64,000 nucleotides of DNA from Acidobacteriaceae bacterium (lineage in GTDB: Bacteria; Acidobacteriota; Terriglobia; Terriglobales; Acidobacteriaceae): NCBI GenBank assembly GCA_003162935.1, contig PLUW01000120.1:16396-80395 (forward strand), read 5' to 3'. Shown one piece after another: positions 24,889-33,522 of this stretch. Each line of letters opens with the position of its first letter. Position 1 is the stretch's first letter. The position numbers and the translations under genes are program-made. The notes under the pieces were generated by a model. That model was not told where the DNA came from and ran no database searches. It saw nothing but the letters and a program-made list of their open reading frames with translations.

Positions 24889-27504
24889 CTATTGCGGCGT
24901 CGCGGCGCTGTTCCCGTTCTTAGACGGCGCGGCGGGGGTCTTGTCATTCTTACCGTCCGCTTTGAACGCGCCGACAATCTTACCGAGAAGGCTTTTCTTC
25001 TTTTTGGCCTCTTCCTCGGATTGGACACCGGAGGCGGAGGCGGGGTTCCCATTCACGCTTCCATTCGTGGTCGGCGGAGGCAGCGCTTTCTCGGAGTTTC
25101 CGCCGAAGATGCGGGAGAAGAATCCTTGCACTCCGCCGCCCGATTGGTCGCAGGTATCGTGCGGCTCGGTGCCGGCCACAAAAGCGATGGTGTAATCGTC
25201 GGGGCACGAGGGCGTTGCCAGGCGGTTGGTGACTTTGTCGAGTTGCACATCGACGACACCTTCGGGCTGACTGAATGGCTGCACATCAAGGTAACGCGGC
25301 AGGGTCACCGCTTTCTTCATGAATTCGGCCCAAATGGGAGCCGCGGTCTGGGCGCCGCTCAGGTGAATGTCACTGTAGTCGTCGTATCCCACCCAGACGA
25401 TGCAGAGCAGATTAGTGGTGTATCCGGCGAACCAGCCGTCGTGCGAGGTGCCGGTCTTGCCGGCGGCCGGAGCTGTGAATCCGCGGGTGCGCACGTTGGT
25501 GTAAGCGGTGCCGAAGTTCATGACTCCCTCGAGCATGCTGGTCATAACGAAGGCAATGCGCGGATCGAGAACCTGCTTTCTTTCGGTCGCGAAATTCACG
25601 ACGACGTCGCCCTTGGAATTGCGCACGGAATTTACGAAGACCGGGGAAAGCTTCGTGCCTCCGTTGGCAAAACTGGTGTAGGCCGACGTCATGTCAACGG
25701 GGGTCGCGTCGTAGGCACCAAGGGCCATGGCAGGAGTGGCTTTGACCGAGGCGATTCCGGCGGAGCGGGCCAGATCCGCGACTTTGTCATAGCCCACTTC
25801 TTCCGCCAATTTCACGGTTGCGTTGTTGAGCGACATTGCCAGCGCATAACGGAGCGTGACGTCGCCGTGGTACTCCTCTTTGTAGTTGCGCGGCTCGTAG
25901 ATTTGATCGCCATAGGAGAAAGTCGAGGGCTGATCGGGGACGATGGAGGCCGGGGTGATCACGGTGGTCGAGCCGTCGATGGCGGTATTCATGGCGGCGG
26001 CATAGACGAACGGTTTGAAGATGGAGCCAGTGGGGCGCTTGGCGAGCGCGTGATTCAACTGGCTGGTTCCGTAATTTCGTCCGCCGACGAGCGCTTTGAT
26101 TTCGCCGGTATGCGGATCCATGGCGACGAGTGCCACTTGCGCCTGCGGACCGGGCGCGACGGTGGTTTCCAGCTTGCCTCCGACCTTGGTCTTGCGGGTG
26201 CGCATCTTCGTGACCTGATCGTCGACGAGTTTGATTCCGGTTTCGACGGCTTGGGCGGCGGCCCGCTGCAAGTCGGGATCGAGCGTGGTGTAGATGCGGT
26301 ATTCCTGATCGTTGACCTCGTGCTCGTTCAGTTTGTTCACGACGGTGTCGCGCACCATATCGACGAAGTACGGGGCATCGCTCGCTTCGACGTTGGGCGG
26401 GGCGAGTTTGAGCGGCGTAGCTTTGGCTCTGTCGGCCTGTTCGCGCGTGATGGCGTCGGTTTCGACCATGGCCTCAATCACCGTATTGCGGCGTTCGAGA
26501 GCGCGCTCGGGATGGCGATAAGGCGAGAGGGCGCTCGGCGCCTGGATCAAACCGGCGAGCAGAGCGGCTTCGGGCAGGGTTATATCCTTCAGGTCTTTAT
26601 TGAAATAGGAGCGGGAGCCTTCGGCCAGGCCGGAGATGGTGAACGAACCGCGCTGTCCCAGATCGACGCGGTTGGCGTAGAACTCGAAAATCTGTTGTTT
26701 GGAAAATTTCTGCTCCAACTCGACCGCGATCAGCATTTCGATGAGCTTGCGGCGAAAGGTTTTCTCCGGGCTCAGGAAGAAAGCCCGCGAAAGCTGCATG
26801 GTGATGGTGGAACCGCCTTGCTGATGGCGCTGGTGGGTGAAGTCGATCCAGGCGGCTTCCACCAGGCGCATGAAATTGACGCCGTTGTGCTGAAAAAAGC
26901 GGCGGTCCTCGATGGACGTGACTGCGTCGACGACAACTTTGGGGATCTCGTCGTACTTGACCAGTTGGCGTTTGGAGCGCTGCTCGGCGTCGAAGAGCGA
27001 GGAGAGCATTTGGGGCTCAAGCTCGTAGGCCTCCAGTTCTCCGGCGGAACGACTGTTGATGGCCGAGACGGCTCCGTCGGCGACGGTAATGGTGGCCGGT
27101 TCCGGGCTGTGATACGACTCGGGGCCGGGCATGATCTCGATCGAACCGCCATGGAGACGATAGCTGCCGAGCGGAGATTCGTTCTCTTTTTCCGAATAAC
27201 CGGCGTGACGCAACGACGCGGCGATCTCTGCGACAGTCGATTTGGAGCCGACTTTGACTACTTGCGGGGCGGCGAAAATTTTCGCGGAGCTGGCGAATGC
27301 GGGACTGCGGAAGCGTTGTTCGATGATGCGGTCGTACTTTACATACCAGTAGGCAAAAACGCCGAGCACCACGAGCGAAGCGGAGAGGAATCCGAACAAG
27401 GCGAAACGCACAACCGGCTCACGAGAGAGCAAACCGCCTTTCCCGCGGCCTCTTGCGCTTGCGCCGCCTCGTCGAGCGGCCGGGATTTTCAGCTTAATCG
27501 CCAT
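24889..27504 (-). CDS. mrcA: class A penicillin-binding protein (PBP1A family: glycosyltransferase plus transpeptidase)
   Basis: GT51 motifs EDRRFFQHNGV and GGSTITMQL; transpeptidase SxxK (TGSIFKP), SLN, KTGTS; N-terminal TM anchor. Confidence 0.9.
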   Translation of the reverse strand: MAIKLKIPAARRGGASARGRGKGGLLSREPVVRFALFGFLSASLVVLGVFAYWYVKYDRIIEQRFRSPAFASSAKIFAAPQVVKVGSKSTVAEIAASLRHAGYSEKENESPLGSYRLHGGSIEIMPGPESYHSPEPATITVADGAVSAINSRSAGELEAYELEPQMLSSLFDAEQRSKRQLVKYDEIPKVVVDAVTSIEDRRFFQHNGVNFMRLVEAAWIDFTHQRHQQGGSTITMQLSRAFFLSPEKTFRRKLIEMLIAVELEQKFSKQQIFEFYANRVDLGQRGSFTISGLAEGSRSYFNKDLKDITLPEAALLAGLIQAPSALSPYRHPERALERRNTVIEAMVETDAITREQADRAKATPLKLAPPNVEASDAPYFVDMVRDTVVNKLNEHEVNDQEYRIYTTLDPDLQRAAAQAVETGIKLVDDQVTKMRTRKTKVGGKLETTVAPGPQAQVALVAMDPHTGEIKALVGGRNYGTSQLNHALAKRPTGSIFKPFVYAAAMNTAIDGSTTVITPASIVPDQPSTFSYGDQIYEPRNYKEEYHGDVTLRYALAMSLNNATVKLAEEVGYDKVADLARSAGIASVKATPAMALGAYDATPVDMTSAYTSFANGGTKLSPVFVNSVRNSKGDVVVNFATERKQVLDPRIAFVMTSMLEGVMNFGTAYTNVRTRGFTAPAAGKTGTSHDGWFAGYTTNLLCIVWVGYDDYSDIHLSGAQTAAPIWAEFMKKAVTLPRYLDVQPFSQPEGVVDVQLDKVTNRLATPSCPDDYTIAFVAGTEPHDTCDQSGGGVQGFFSRIFGGNSEKALPPPTTNGSVNGNPASASGVQSEEEAKKKKSLLGKIVGAFKADGKNDKTPAAPSKNGNSAATPQ

Positions 27505-27673
27505 GAAGAGGGTTGTGCATCACTCCAAGCAATCCTCGGTCCGAAACGGGTTTCAGAGCTAAAGTACGGTTGCGATTGATTCTAAATCAGGAGCGAGCCC
27601 CTGCAATGCTGCGGTTGCGTGTCACGAGAGGAACGGCTGTGGCAGCGCGTCCCTAGGGATGCTCTGATTTAGA

Positions 27674-27753
27674 CTTCCTGTCACGCCAAAGCTTAAACCA
27701 CGGGGTCCACAGAGTTACACGGGGGGAACCCGCCGGGCTGAATCGAAGTTTCC
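27674..27753 (+). repeat. dispersed (CACRGRGGT)x3 element, copy 3
   Basis: cttcctgtcacgccaaagcttaaaccacggggtccacagagttacacggggggaacccgccgg. It abuts the stop codon of the lipoprotein gene. Confidence 0.85.
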
Positions 27754-29166
27754 CTAGAAATCGACGATCTTAACGTCGTAGAAATTGCCGACCAAGTTGG
27801 CGACTTCGCCGGGGTTATAAATATTGTTCGGGTTGTACTCCAACGCGTCGATAGTGGTGTCGTAGATGTAAAGCGTTCCGCCCGTGGGGACGCCCTGGCC
27901 CTGGACCACATACACCACTTGTTGCGCCATTCCAGCACCGCGATTGGTGAGGGGCTGGATGCCGGTCACGTCTCCATTTTCGGGAGGAATGACGACGCCA
28001 GCCGGCGGGTTGCTGCCGACGGCGGTGGTCAGGGTGTTGTAAATGGAAAGGCAACCGCGCGTCTCGGCTCCTGTGGGCGGCGGCTGTGGCGGGATGATCT
28101 CGGTGCACGTGGTCGCGCCGATGAAGAGCTGTCCGTTGGGACCCATGGCCATGCGGGCGTGATAGCCGTCGGTGATAGCGATGGTTGCGGTGTTGGTGAC
28201 GGACATGGTTCCGAGGTTGACGATGGAGAGCTGGCCGCAGGTGAGCGTCTCACCCAGGAGTCCCAGGCAGGTAAAGGACGGACCTGCGCTGGAGTAAGGT
28301 GTACCCGCCACATACATGGTCGAGGAGTTGACGACCAGGCCGACAGTCGCGCCGCCCGGAATCGCAACCGCAGCGCCGAGCGTAGGGGGCGTTGTCGTCA
28401 TGTCGAGCGATTGAATGCTGGCTGTCGTGCCGCCGCACTCGGGGCCGCAGTTCAGGATATAGGCGGTGCTGTCGTCGCTGCTGAAGAAGGCCGCAACCGG
28501 ATGGTCGAAACCCGCGACGTAGGTTACGACTACCGAGTTCGGTATCACGATATTGGAGGGCGTGATGACCGCGACCGAGTCAGCATTGGATCCCTGGCTG
28601 AAGCCAAGCATCCGGTCGCCGCCGTTGTCGATCGCGAGATACTGCACTGAGGGAATGGCGACCTGTCCTAATAAAGCGGCGCTGTCAACCGCGATAGCGA
28701 GCACGACGCCGGGAGACTGATCCACGACCGGGGCGGTGGGCACGGCGACGTAAACGATGGAGCTGTCTGGAGAAACGACGAAGCTTTGGGTCATGCCGGG
28801 CAAAGTCACGTGACCGTTGGCGGCTTCGCCAGCGTTGCTGATGATGGTTAGCTGGTTGTCGGAGGATGGCAAACCGTTGCCACTGAAGACCAGGGTCGCA
28901 ACCAGGTTGGGGGTAATGACCATCATTCCAGGAGTGTTGCCGGCGCTAATTGGCGCCACATGCCCACGCTGGTCCGTAGCCGCGTTGACGATATAGATTC
29001 CCGCCGACGCCGTGCCTGCTGACACGTTATTGGTGACAAAGGCGCGGTACGCAATACCGCTGGTGTGTGAGGCGGGGGCGGAAGCACCGCCGCAGCTCAG
29101 CAACGTCAAACACGCAGGCAGCAGGAGCAACAGGATAAGCAGGGGTTTTTTCAAACTTTTTTCCAA
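27754..29166 (-). CDS. lipoprotein with beta-propeller-like repeats
   Basis: Only the C-terminal 470 aa of ORF 27754..30255 are credible. There is a TTG start at 29166 with GGAG 8 nt upstream. MEKSLKKPLLILLLLLPACLTLLSCGG carries a lipobox (LLSC). The rest is a repetitive G/T/V-rich beta-strand pattern. Confidence 0.65.
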   Translation of the reverse strand: MEKSLKKPLLILLLLLPACLTLLSCGGASAPASHTSGIAYRAFVTNNVSAGTASAGIYIVNAATDQRGHVAPISAGNTPGMMVITPNLVATLVFSGNGLPSSDNQLTIISNAGEAANGHVTLPGMTQSFVVSPDSSIVYVAVPTAPVVDQSPGVVLAIAVDSAALLGQVAIPSVQYLAIDNGGDRMLGFSQGSNADSVAVITPSNIVIPNSVVVTYVAGFDHPVAAFFSSDDSTAYILNCGPECGGTTASIQSLDMTTTPPTLGAAVAIPGGATVGLVVNSSTMYVAGTPYSSAGPSFTCLGLLGETLTCGQLSIVNLGTMSVTNTATIAITDGYHARMAMGPNGQLFIGATTCTEIIPPQPPPTGAETRGCLSIYNTLTTAVGSNPPAGVVIPPENGDVTGIQPLTNRGAGMAQQVVYVVQGQGVPTGGTLYIYDTTIDALEYNPNNIYNPGEVANLVGNFYDVKIVDF

Positions 29167-29244
29167 ACTTGGGACTCCAACCTCATGCCGGATAATCACT
29201 TGGATGCAAGAACAAGGATTATAGCAAAGGAAGAAATTGGAGTC

Positions 29245-29290
29245 CCTTAACCACCAAGGACACGAAGGTACACGAAGGAAAAGCCAGGAG
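29245..29290 (+). repeat. dispersed (CACRGRGGT)x3 element, copy 4 (diverged)
   Basis: ccttaaccaccaaggacacgaaggtacacgaaggaaaagccagg, in the divergent promoter region between the lipoprotein gene and yitJ. Confidence 0.7.
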
Positions 29291-29340
29291 AACGCGCGCC
29301 TTCTTGGAACAAGCTCTCCGCTTCTAGTATTCTCAAACAG

Positions 29341-31203
29341 ATGGCGCAAAACCTGATTGAACGTCTGAAACAGTCGCCGGTGCTCTGCGATGGGGCCATG
29401 GGGACGCTGCTCTATGCCAAGGGGATTTTCATCAACCGCTGCTATGACGAGCTGAACCTTTCGCAACCGGAGTTGATTCGCACGGTCCACCACGACTATC
29501 TGCAGGCGGGCGCGGAGATCATCGAAACCAACACTTTTGGCGGAAACAGTTTTCGCCTGGCGCGGCACAGCATGTCGGACCGCGTGCGCGACATCAATCT
29601 TGCGGGAGCGCAGGTGGCGCGAGAAGCGGCCAAGAGTTTCGACGTGTGGGTGGCGGGCTCGATCGGCCCGCTCGGCGTGCGCATCGAACCGCTGGGCAAG
29701 ACCTCGTTCGAAGAAGCCCGCGCCGCATTTCGCGAACAGATCGAGGCGCTGGTCGAGGGCGGCGTCGACCTGCTGATGCTCGAAACCTTCGGTTATCTCG
29801 AGGAGCTGCACCAGGCGGTGCTCGCCTGCCGCGACGTGAACCCGAAGATGCCGATCGTCGCCCAAGTCACGATCGACGAGGACGGAAACTGCCTCGACGG
29901 GGCCGACCCCGAGGCGTTCGCCGCCCGCCTGGCGGAATGGAATGTGGATGTGCTCGGCATCAACTGCAGTGTCGGGCCGGTCGCCATGCTCGACGCCATC
30001 GAGCGGGTGCGGGCCGTGACTTCCCTGCCCCTGGCCGCGCAACCGAATGCCGGCATGCCGCGCTCGGTCGAAGGACGAAACATCTATCTCTGTTCGCCGG
30101 AATATATGGCGAGCTACACGCGAAAATTCGTGGCCGCCGGGGTGCAACTCATCGGCGGCTGCTGTGGCACCACGCCCGACCATATTCGCGCCATGAAGTC
30201 GGCTTTGCGAGTGCGCGAAGCCCGCGGCAAGACCGCGATTTCGGAGGCGATTCATACGGGAGTAGCGCCGTCGGCTCCCGCCAGCATTCCGATCGCAGAG
30301 CGCTCGCGTCTGGGCGCAAGAATTGCGGCTGGGGAATTTGTGACGATGGTCGAGATCGTGCCGCCCAAGGGCATCGACATCCGAAAAGAGATCGAGGGCG
30401 CGAAGTTCGTTAAATCGGTCGGGGTCGATGCCATCAACATTCCCGACAGCCCGCGGGCCTCGGCGCGCATGAGCAACCAGGCCCTATCGCTGCTCATGCA
30501 GCAGGAGGTGGGCATCGAGGCCATCCTGCACTACACCTGCCGCGACCGAAACGTGCTTGGCATTCAGTCGGATCTGCTGGGCGCGGCGGCTACCGGCATC
30601 CGCAACCTGATCTGCATCACGGGAGACCCGCCCAAGATGGGGAATTATCCCGATGCGACGGCCGTGTTTGACGTGGATGCGATCGGACTGGTGAATATCG
30701 TTCACAACCTAAACCGCGGACTGGACCTGGGCGGGAATTCCATTGGAGCGGGAACCGGTTTTGTGATTGGGGTGGGCGCCAACCCCGGGTTGCCGAACCT
30801 CGACGAAGAGATCAAACGCTTCGAATACAAGGTGCAGGCGGGGGCGGAATACGTCGTGACCCAGCCGGTGTTCGACATCACGCTACTGGAAACTTTCCTG
30901 CGGCGGATCGAACACTGCCGCATCCCCGTCATCGCCGGCATTTGGCCACTGGTGAGTGCCCGCAATGCGGAATTCATGAAGAACGAGCTGCGGGTTTCCG
31001 TGCCCGATGAGATTCTGAACCGGATGGCGAAGGCGGCGAGTCCAGAAGCGGCTCGCGAGGAGGGCGTAGCCATCGCGCGCGAGATGCTGGCAGCCGTCCG
31101 CGAGCGCGTACAGGGGGCGCAGATCAGCGCTCCGCAGGGGCGATACAGCTCCGCGGTGGACGTTCTGGAGGCGCTCGGCTCGAAGCGGCTGCCTTCTGTT
31201 TAG
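29341..31203 (+). CDS. yitJ: bifunctional homocysteine S-methyltransferase / 5,10-methylenetetrahydrofolate reductase (YitJ-like fusion)
   Basis: The N-terminal Hcy-binding domain has DGAMGTLL, ETNTFG and GGCCGTTPDHI. The C-terminal half is MetF-like (VEIVPPKG..., HYTCRDRN, ICITGDPP, VTQPVFD). Confidence 0.9.
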   Translation: MAQNLIERLKQSPVLCDGAMGTLLYAKGIFINRCYDELNLSQPELIRTVHHDYLQAGAEIIETNTFGGNSFRLARHSMSDRVRDINLAGAQVAREAAKSFDVWVAGSIGPLGVRIEPLGKTSFEEARAAFREQIEALVEGGVDLLMLETFGYLEELHQAVLACRDVNPKMPIVAQVTIDEDGNCLDGADPEAFAARLAEWNVDVLGINCSVGPVAMLDAIERVRAVTSLPLAAQPNAGMPRSVEGRNIYLCSPEYMASYTRKFVAAGVQLIGGCCGTTPDHIRAMKSALRVREARGKTAISEAIHTGVAPSAPASIPIAERSRLGARIAAGEFVTMVEIVPPKGIDIRKEIEGAKFVKSVGVDAINIPDSPRASARMSNQALSLLMQQEVGIEAILHYTCRDRNVLGIQSDLLGAAATGIRNLICITGDPPKMGNYPDATAVFDVDAIGLVNIVHNLNRGLDLGGNSIGAGTGFVIGVGANPGLPNLDEEIKRFEYKVQAGAEYVVTQPVFDITLLETFLRRIEHCRIPVIAGIWPLVSARNAEFMKNELRVSVPDEILNRMAKAASPEAAREEGVAIAREMLAAVRERVQGAQISAPQGRYSSAVDVLEALGSKRLPSV

Positions 31204-31303
31204 TTTTGAAACACCGCCGCCCAAAATATTGGGCGAATTACAAAAATTGACTGGACATTTCCCGTCCGAAGCTGCAATACAATAAAGGGTAGGAGCAACT
31301 GGA

Positions 31304-31540
31304 TTGGTCAAGTTTGAAGAATGCCTCGAGCGTCTGGAGAAGATTGTCAAGGAACTGGAAAAAGGCGAGGTTCCTTTGGAAAAATCCCTGACGCTGTTTG
31401 AAGAAGGCATGCAACTTTCGGCGACTTGCAGAAAGCAACTGGAAGACGCGGAAGGAAAAGTAGAGATTCTGCTAAAGCAGAACGGAAAGCTCCAAACGGA
31501 ACCATTCGAGCCCCCGGCCGAGAGAGCGTTGCGCAAGTAA
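31304..31540 (+). CDS. xseB: exodeoxyribonuclease VII small subunit
   Basis: FEECLERLEKIVKELEKGEVPLEKSLTLFEEGMQLSATCRKQLEDAEGKVEIL is the classic XseB pattern. TTG start with AGGAG 8 nt upstream. Confidence 0.85.
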   Translation: MVKFEECLERLEKIVKELEKGEVPLEKSLTLFEEGMQLSATCRKQLEDAEGKVEILLKQNGKLQTEPFEPPAERALRK

Positions 31541-31639
31541 CGCGGTTTGCCCTCGGATTCGGAAATGACAACGCCTGTGCTAGCAGCCTGCTGTCGCAGC
31601 CAAGGCCGCCGCGAAATCGCGGCAACGTCAGGGGGATGT

Positions 31640-32002
31640 ATGGAACCACTCAGTGTAGTCCTGTATCAGAAAGACCCTGGGACTGCTCAAACTCTGGCAG
31701 TCGGTCTCTCCCAGCATTTTGAACTTGTTTACCTGGCGGGTACCTACGAAGAGGTACGCCCCGCCCTTGCCCGCAATCGCGCCGCGGCGCTGGTGCTCGA
31801 TCTGGAAACCGCTGGACCGGGCGAAGTCGAGCATTTGCATCGCGAGTTCCCCGGCCTTTGCATCGTCGGAACCCACCGGTTGGCGGACGACAAATTATGG
31901 GCCGAGGCCATGAGCCTGGGCGCGTCCGACATCTGCGAGCCGCGCAAGGACCAAGTGGTGCATTCGTTGCTGAACAAACGCGCGCACCATGCGGCGGCCT
32001 GA
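31640..32002 (+). CDS. stand-alone receiver-like (pseudo-receiver) protein
   Basis: ORF trimmed to MEPLSVVLYQKD...AALVLDLET...LCIVGTHR...SDICEP. The layout is CheY-like, but the N-terminal DD pair and the conserved Lys are not in place. Confidence 0.5.
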   Translation: MEPLSVVLYQKDPGTAQTLAVGLSQHFELVYLAGTYEEVRPALARNRAAALVLDLETAGPGEVEHLHREFPGLCIVGTHRLADDKLWAEAMSLGASDICEPRKDQVVHSLLNKRAHHAAA

Positions 32003-32010
32003 TCGGCTGG

Positions 32011-32080
32011 GTGTCAGGTGTAAGTCTCAGGTCTCAGGAAAGACAAGATCGACCTGGAGTTTTCTGAGACCTGAGACCTG
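32011..32080 (+). repeat. GTCTCAGG-type repeat forming a 14-bp inverted repeat, 9 nt after a stop codon
   Basis: gtgtcagg-tgtaa-gtctcagg-tctcagg ... ctgagacctgagac. The arms are 32024-32038 and 32063-32077, with a loop of about 25 nt. Confidence 0.85.
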
Positions 32081-32110
32081 CCTTCTTCTCCCTTGTTATA
32101 CTGCGGTGCC

Positions 32111-33031
32111 ATGCTGAAACAAATTCTGGGGCAGGGGCGCCAGGCGGCCGACGCCGCGCTCGAACAACTCCTGCCACCCGCCAACCAACATCCAAAGTCG
32201 ATTCACCAAGCCATGCGACACAGCGTGTTTGCCGGCGGCAAACGCTTGCGGCCGATCTTGTGCATGGAAGCGGGGCGGATGATCGCGGCGGCATCGGGCG
32301 TTCACTCCCGCGACCGTTCGAACACAGGGTCACTGCCCGCAGGGATTGAGCAGGTCGGGGCGGCGCTCGAAATGCTCCACACCTATTCTTTGATCCACGA
32401 CGATCTGCCCGCGCTCGACAACGACGACCTGCGGCGCGGGCGTCCCACCTGCCATAAGGCGTTCGGCGAGGCCATCGCCATTCTCGCGGGAGACGCCCTG
32501 CAAACGCAGGCCTACGAAGTGCTGGCGCAGATCAGTTGTTCGGCGGAGGCGCGGGTTGCGATCATTCGCGAGGCTGCTCATGCCACTGGCACCATCGATG
32601 GCATGATCGGCGGCCAGGTCGTCGACCTCGAAGCCGAGCATACGAAGCCCGACCTGGCGACGCTCGAATACATCCACCGGTCAAAGACCGCCGCGCTCAT
32701 CACGGCCAGCGTGGTCAGCGGAGGGATATACGCCGGGGCAACGGCGTCGGATATTGCACACCTTCGCACATATGGCCAGTCGATTGGCCTCGCGTTTCAG
32801 ATCGTGGACGATGTGCTCGACCTGACGCAGACTTCGGAGCAACTGGGAAAGACCGCCGGCAAAGATGCCGCTGCGGAGAAGACAACCTATCCGGCGTTGT
32901 TTGGAATCGAAGAGTCGCTCCGCAAGGCGGACGCCCTCGTCGATCAGGCCTGCGCGCAACTGGACCCGTTCGGCGAGAGCGCGACGACACTAAAAGAGCT
33001 GGCGCGTTTTCTGGCGAAGAGAAAAAGCTAG
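32111..33031 (+). CDS. ispA: polyprenyl/farnesyl diphosphate synthase
   Basis: FARM LIHDDLPALDNDDLRRGRPTCH and SARM FQIVDDVLD. Its position after xseB is the conserved xseB-ispA arrangement. Confidence 0.9.
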   Translation: MLKQILGQGRQAADAALEQLLPPANQHPKSIHQAMRHSVFAGGKRLRPILCMEAGRMIAAASGVHSRDRSNTGSLPAGIEQVGAALEMLHTYSLIHDDLPALDNDDLRRGRPTCHKAFGEAIAILAGDALQTQAYEVLAQISCSAEARVAIIREAAHATGTIDGMIGGQVVDLEAEHTKPDLATLEYIHRSKTAALITASVVSGGIYAGATASDIAHLRTYGQSIGLAFQIVDDVLDLTQTSEQLGKTAGKDAAAEKTTYPALFGIEESLRKADALVDQACAQLDPFGESATTLKELARFLAKRKS

Positions 33032-33522
33032 TTCCGAGCTATACTTTCCGGTCGACGAAACAGGAGTGAACATTCCAAGCCAGGGCCGGAGGTAAGCCAT
33101 CGCACCTGGTGCTTCCGGTCATGCCCGGAGCGAACTAGCGCTGCGATCGAACCAAAATCTGCCCTTCTGAGCATTGCATCTCCGCCCTGCGGGCTGTACA
33201 GTGAAATTGCTCTCGCGGTCTCCCGCCTTCCTATTCCTCACCCACAACTTGCGCGCGATTGTTGTTGTGTACATGCAGCTAAAGGCGGTGCTCGGACGGG
33301 CACCACAATATGTGGTGTTTTATTACTTGACCCGTCCCGGTATTCGCCGTTAGAGTTGGTCAAAAGCATGGGTGACGCTCCTGGTTCATGGGACGGGCAT
33401 CCAATGATGCGACCAGCGAGGAACCTCGACGGTTAATAGTCGAATTCCCGCCATTTGCAGCGCACTCCAGCCAGCGCAGACCGAGTCCGCGGACCGCAGG
33501 GTCCGCCCACGAAGGAGTCACT

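Noticed and set aside
24877-27579. 900-aa plus-strand ORF co-extensive with the PBP1A gene
   Set aside because: It is in exact codon register with the minus-strand gene (both triplet phases are coordinate mod 3 = 1). Stops can therefore arise only from sense codons TTA, CTA or TCA, which a high-GC gene avoids. The product is Gly/Arg/Val/Asp-rich with no motifs. The antisense ORFs 49504..51816, 44994..46229, 43941..44981, 40138..41277, 23598..24419 and 35101..36186 are rejected for the same reason.
29167-29340. SAM riboswitch upstream of the yitJ-like gene (B. subtilis yitJ is S-box controlled)
   Set aside because: I found no S-box-like conserved core or four-way junction pattern. The region is occupied by dispersed repeat copy 4 and the 10-bp inverted repeat.
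29167-30255. N-terminal ~360 aa of the 833-aa ORF 27754..30255
   Set aside because: This part is the in-register antisense of yitJ (Arg/His-rich, no motifs). A lipoprotein signal peptide with a lipobox, an SD and a TTG start appear at 29166, so only the distal 470 codons are called.
33388-33522. 45-codon N-terminal extension of smc in the ORF track
   Set aside because: SMC proteins begin with the beta-strand preceding Walker A (xLKxLxLxGFKSF). TTG 33523 gives exactly that and has GAAGGAG 5 nt upstream. The extension is Arg/Pro/Ser-rich.
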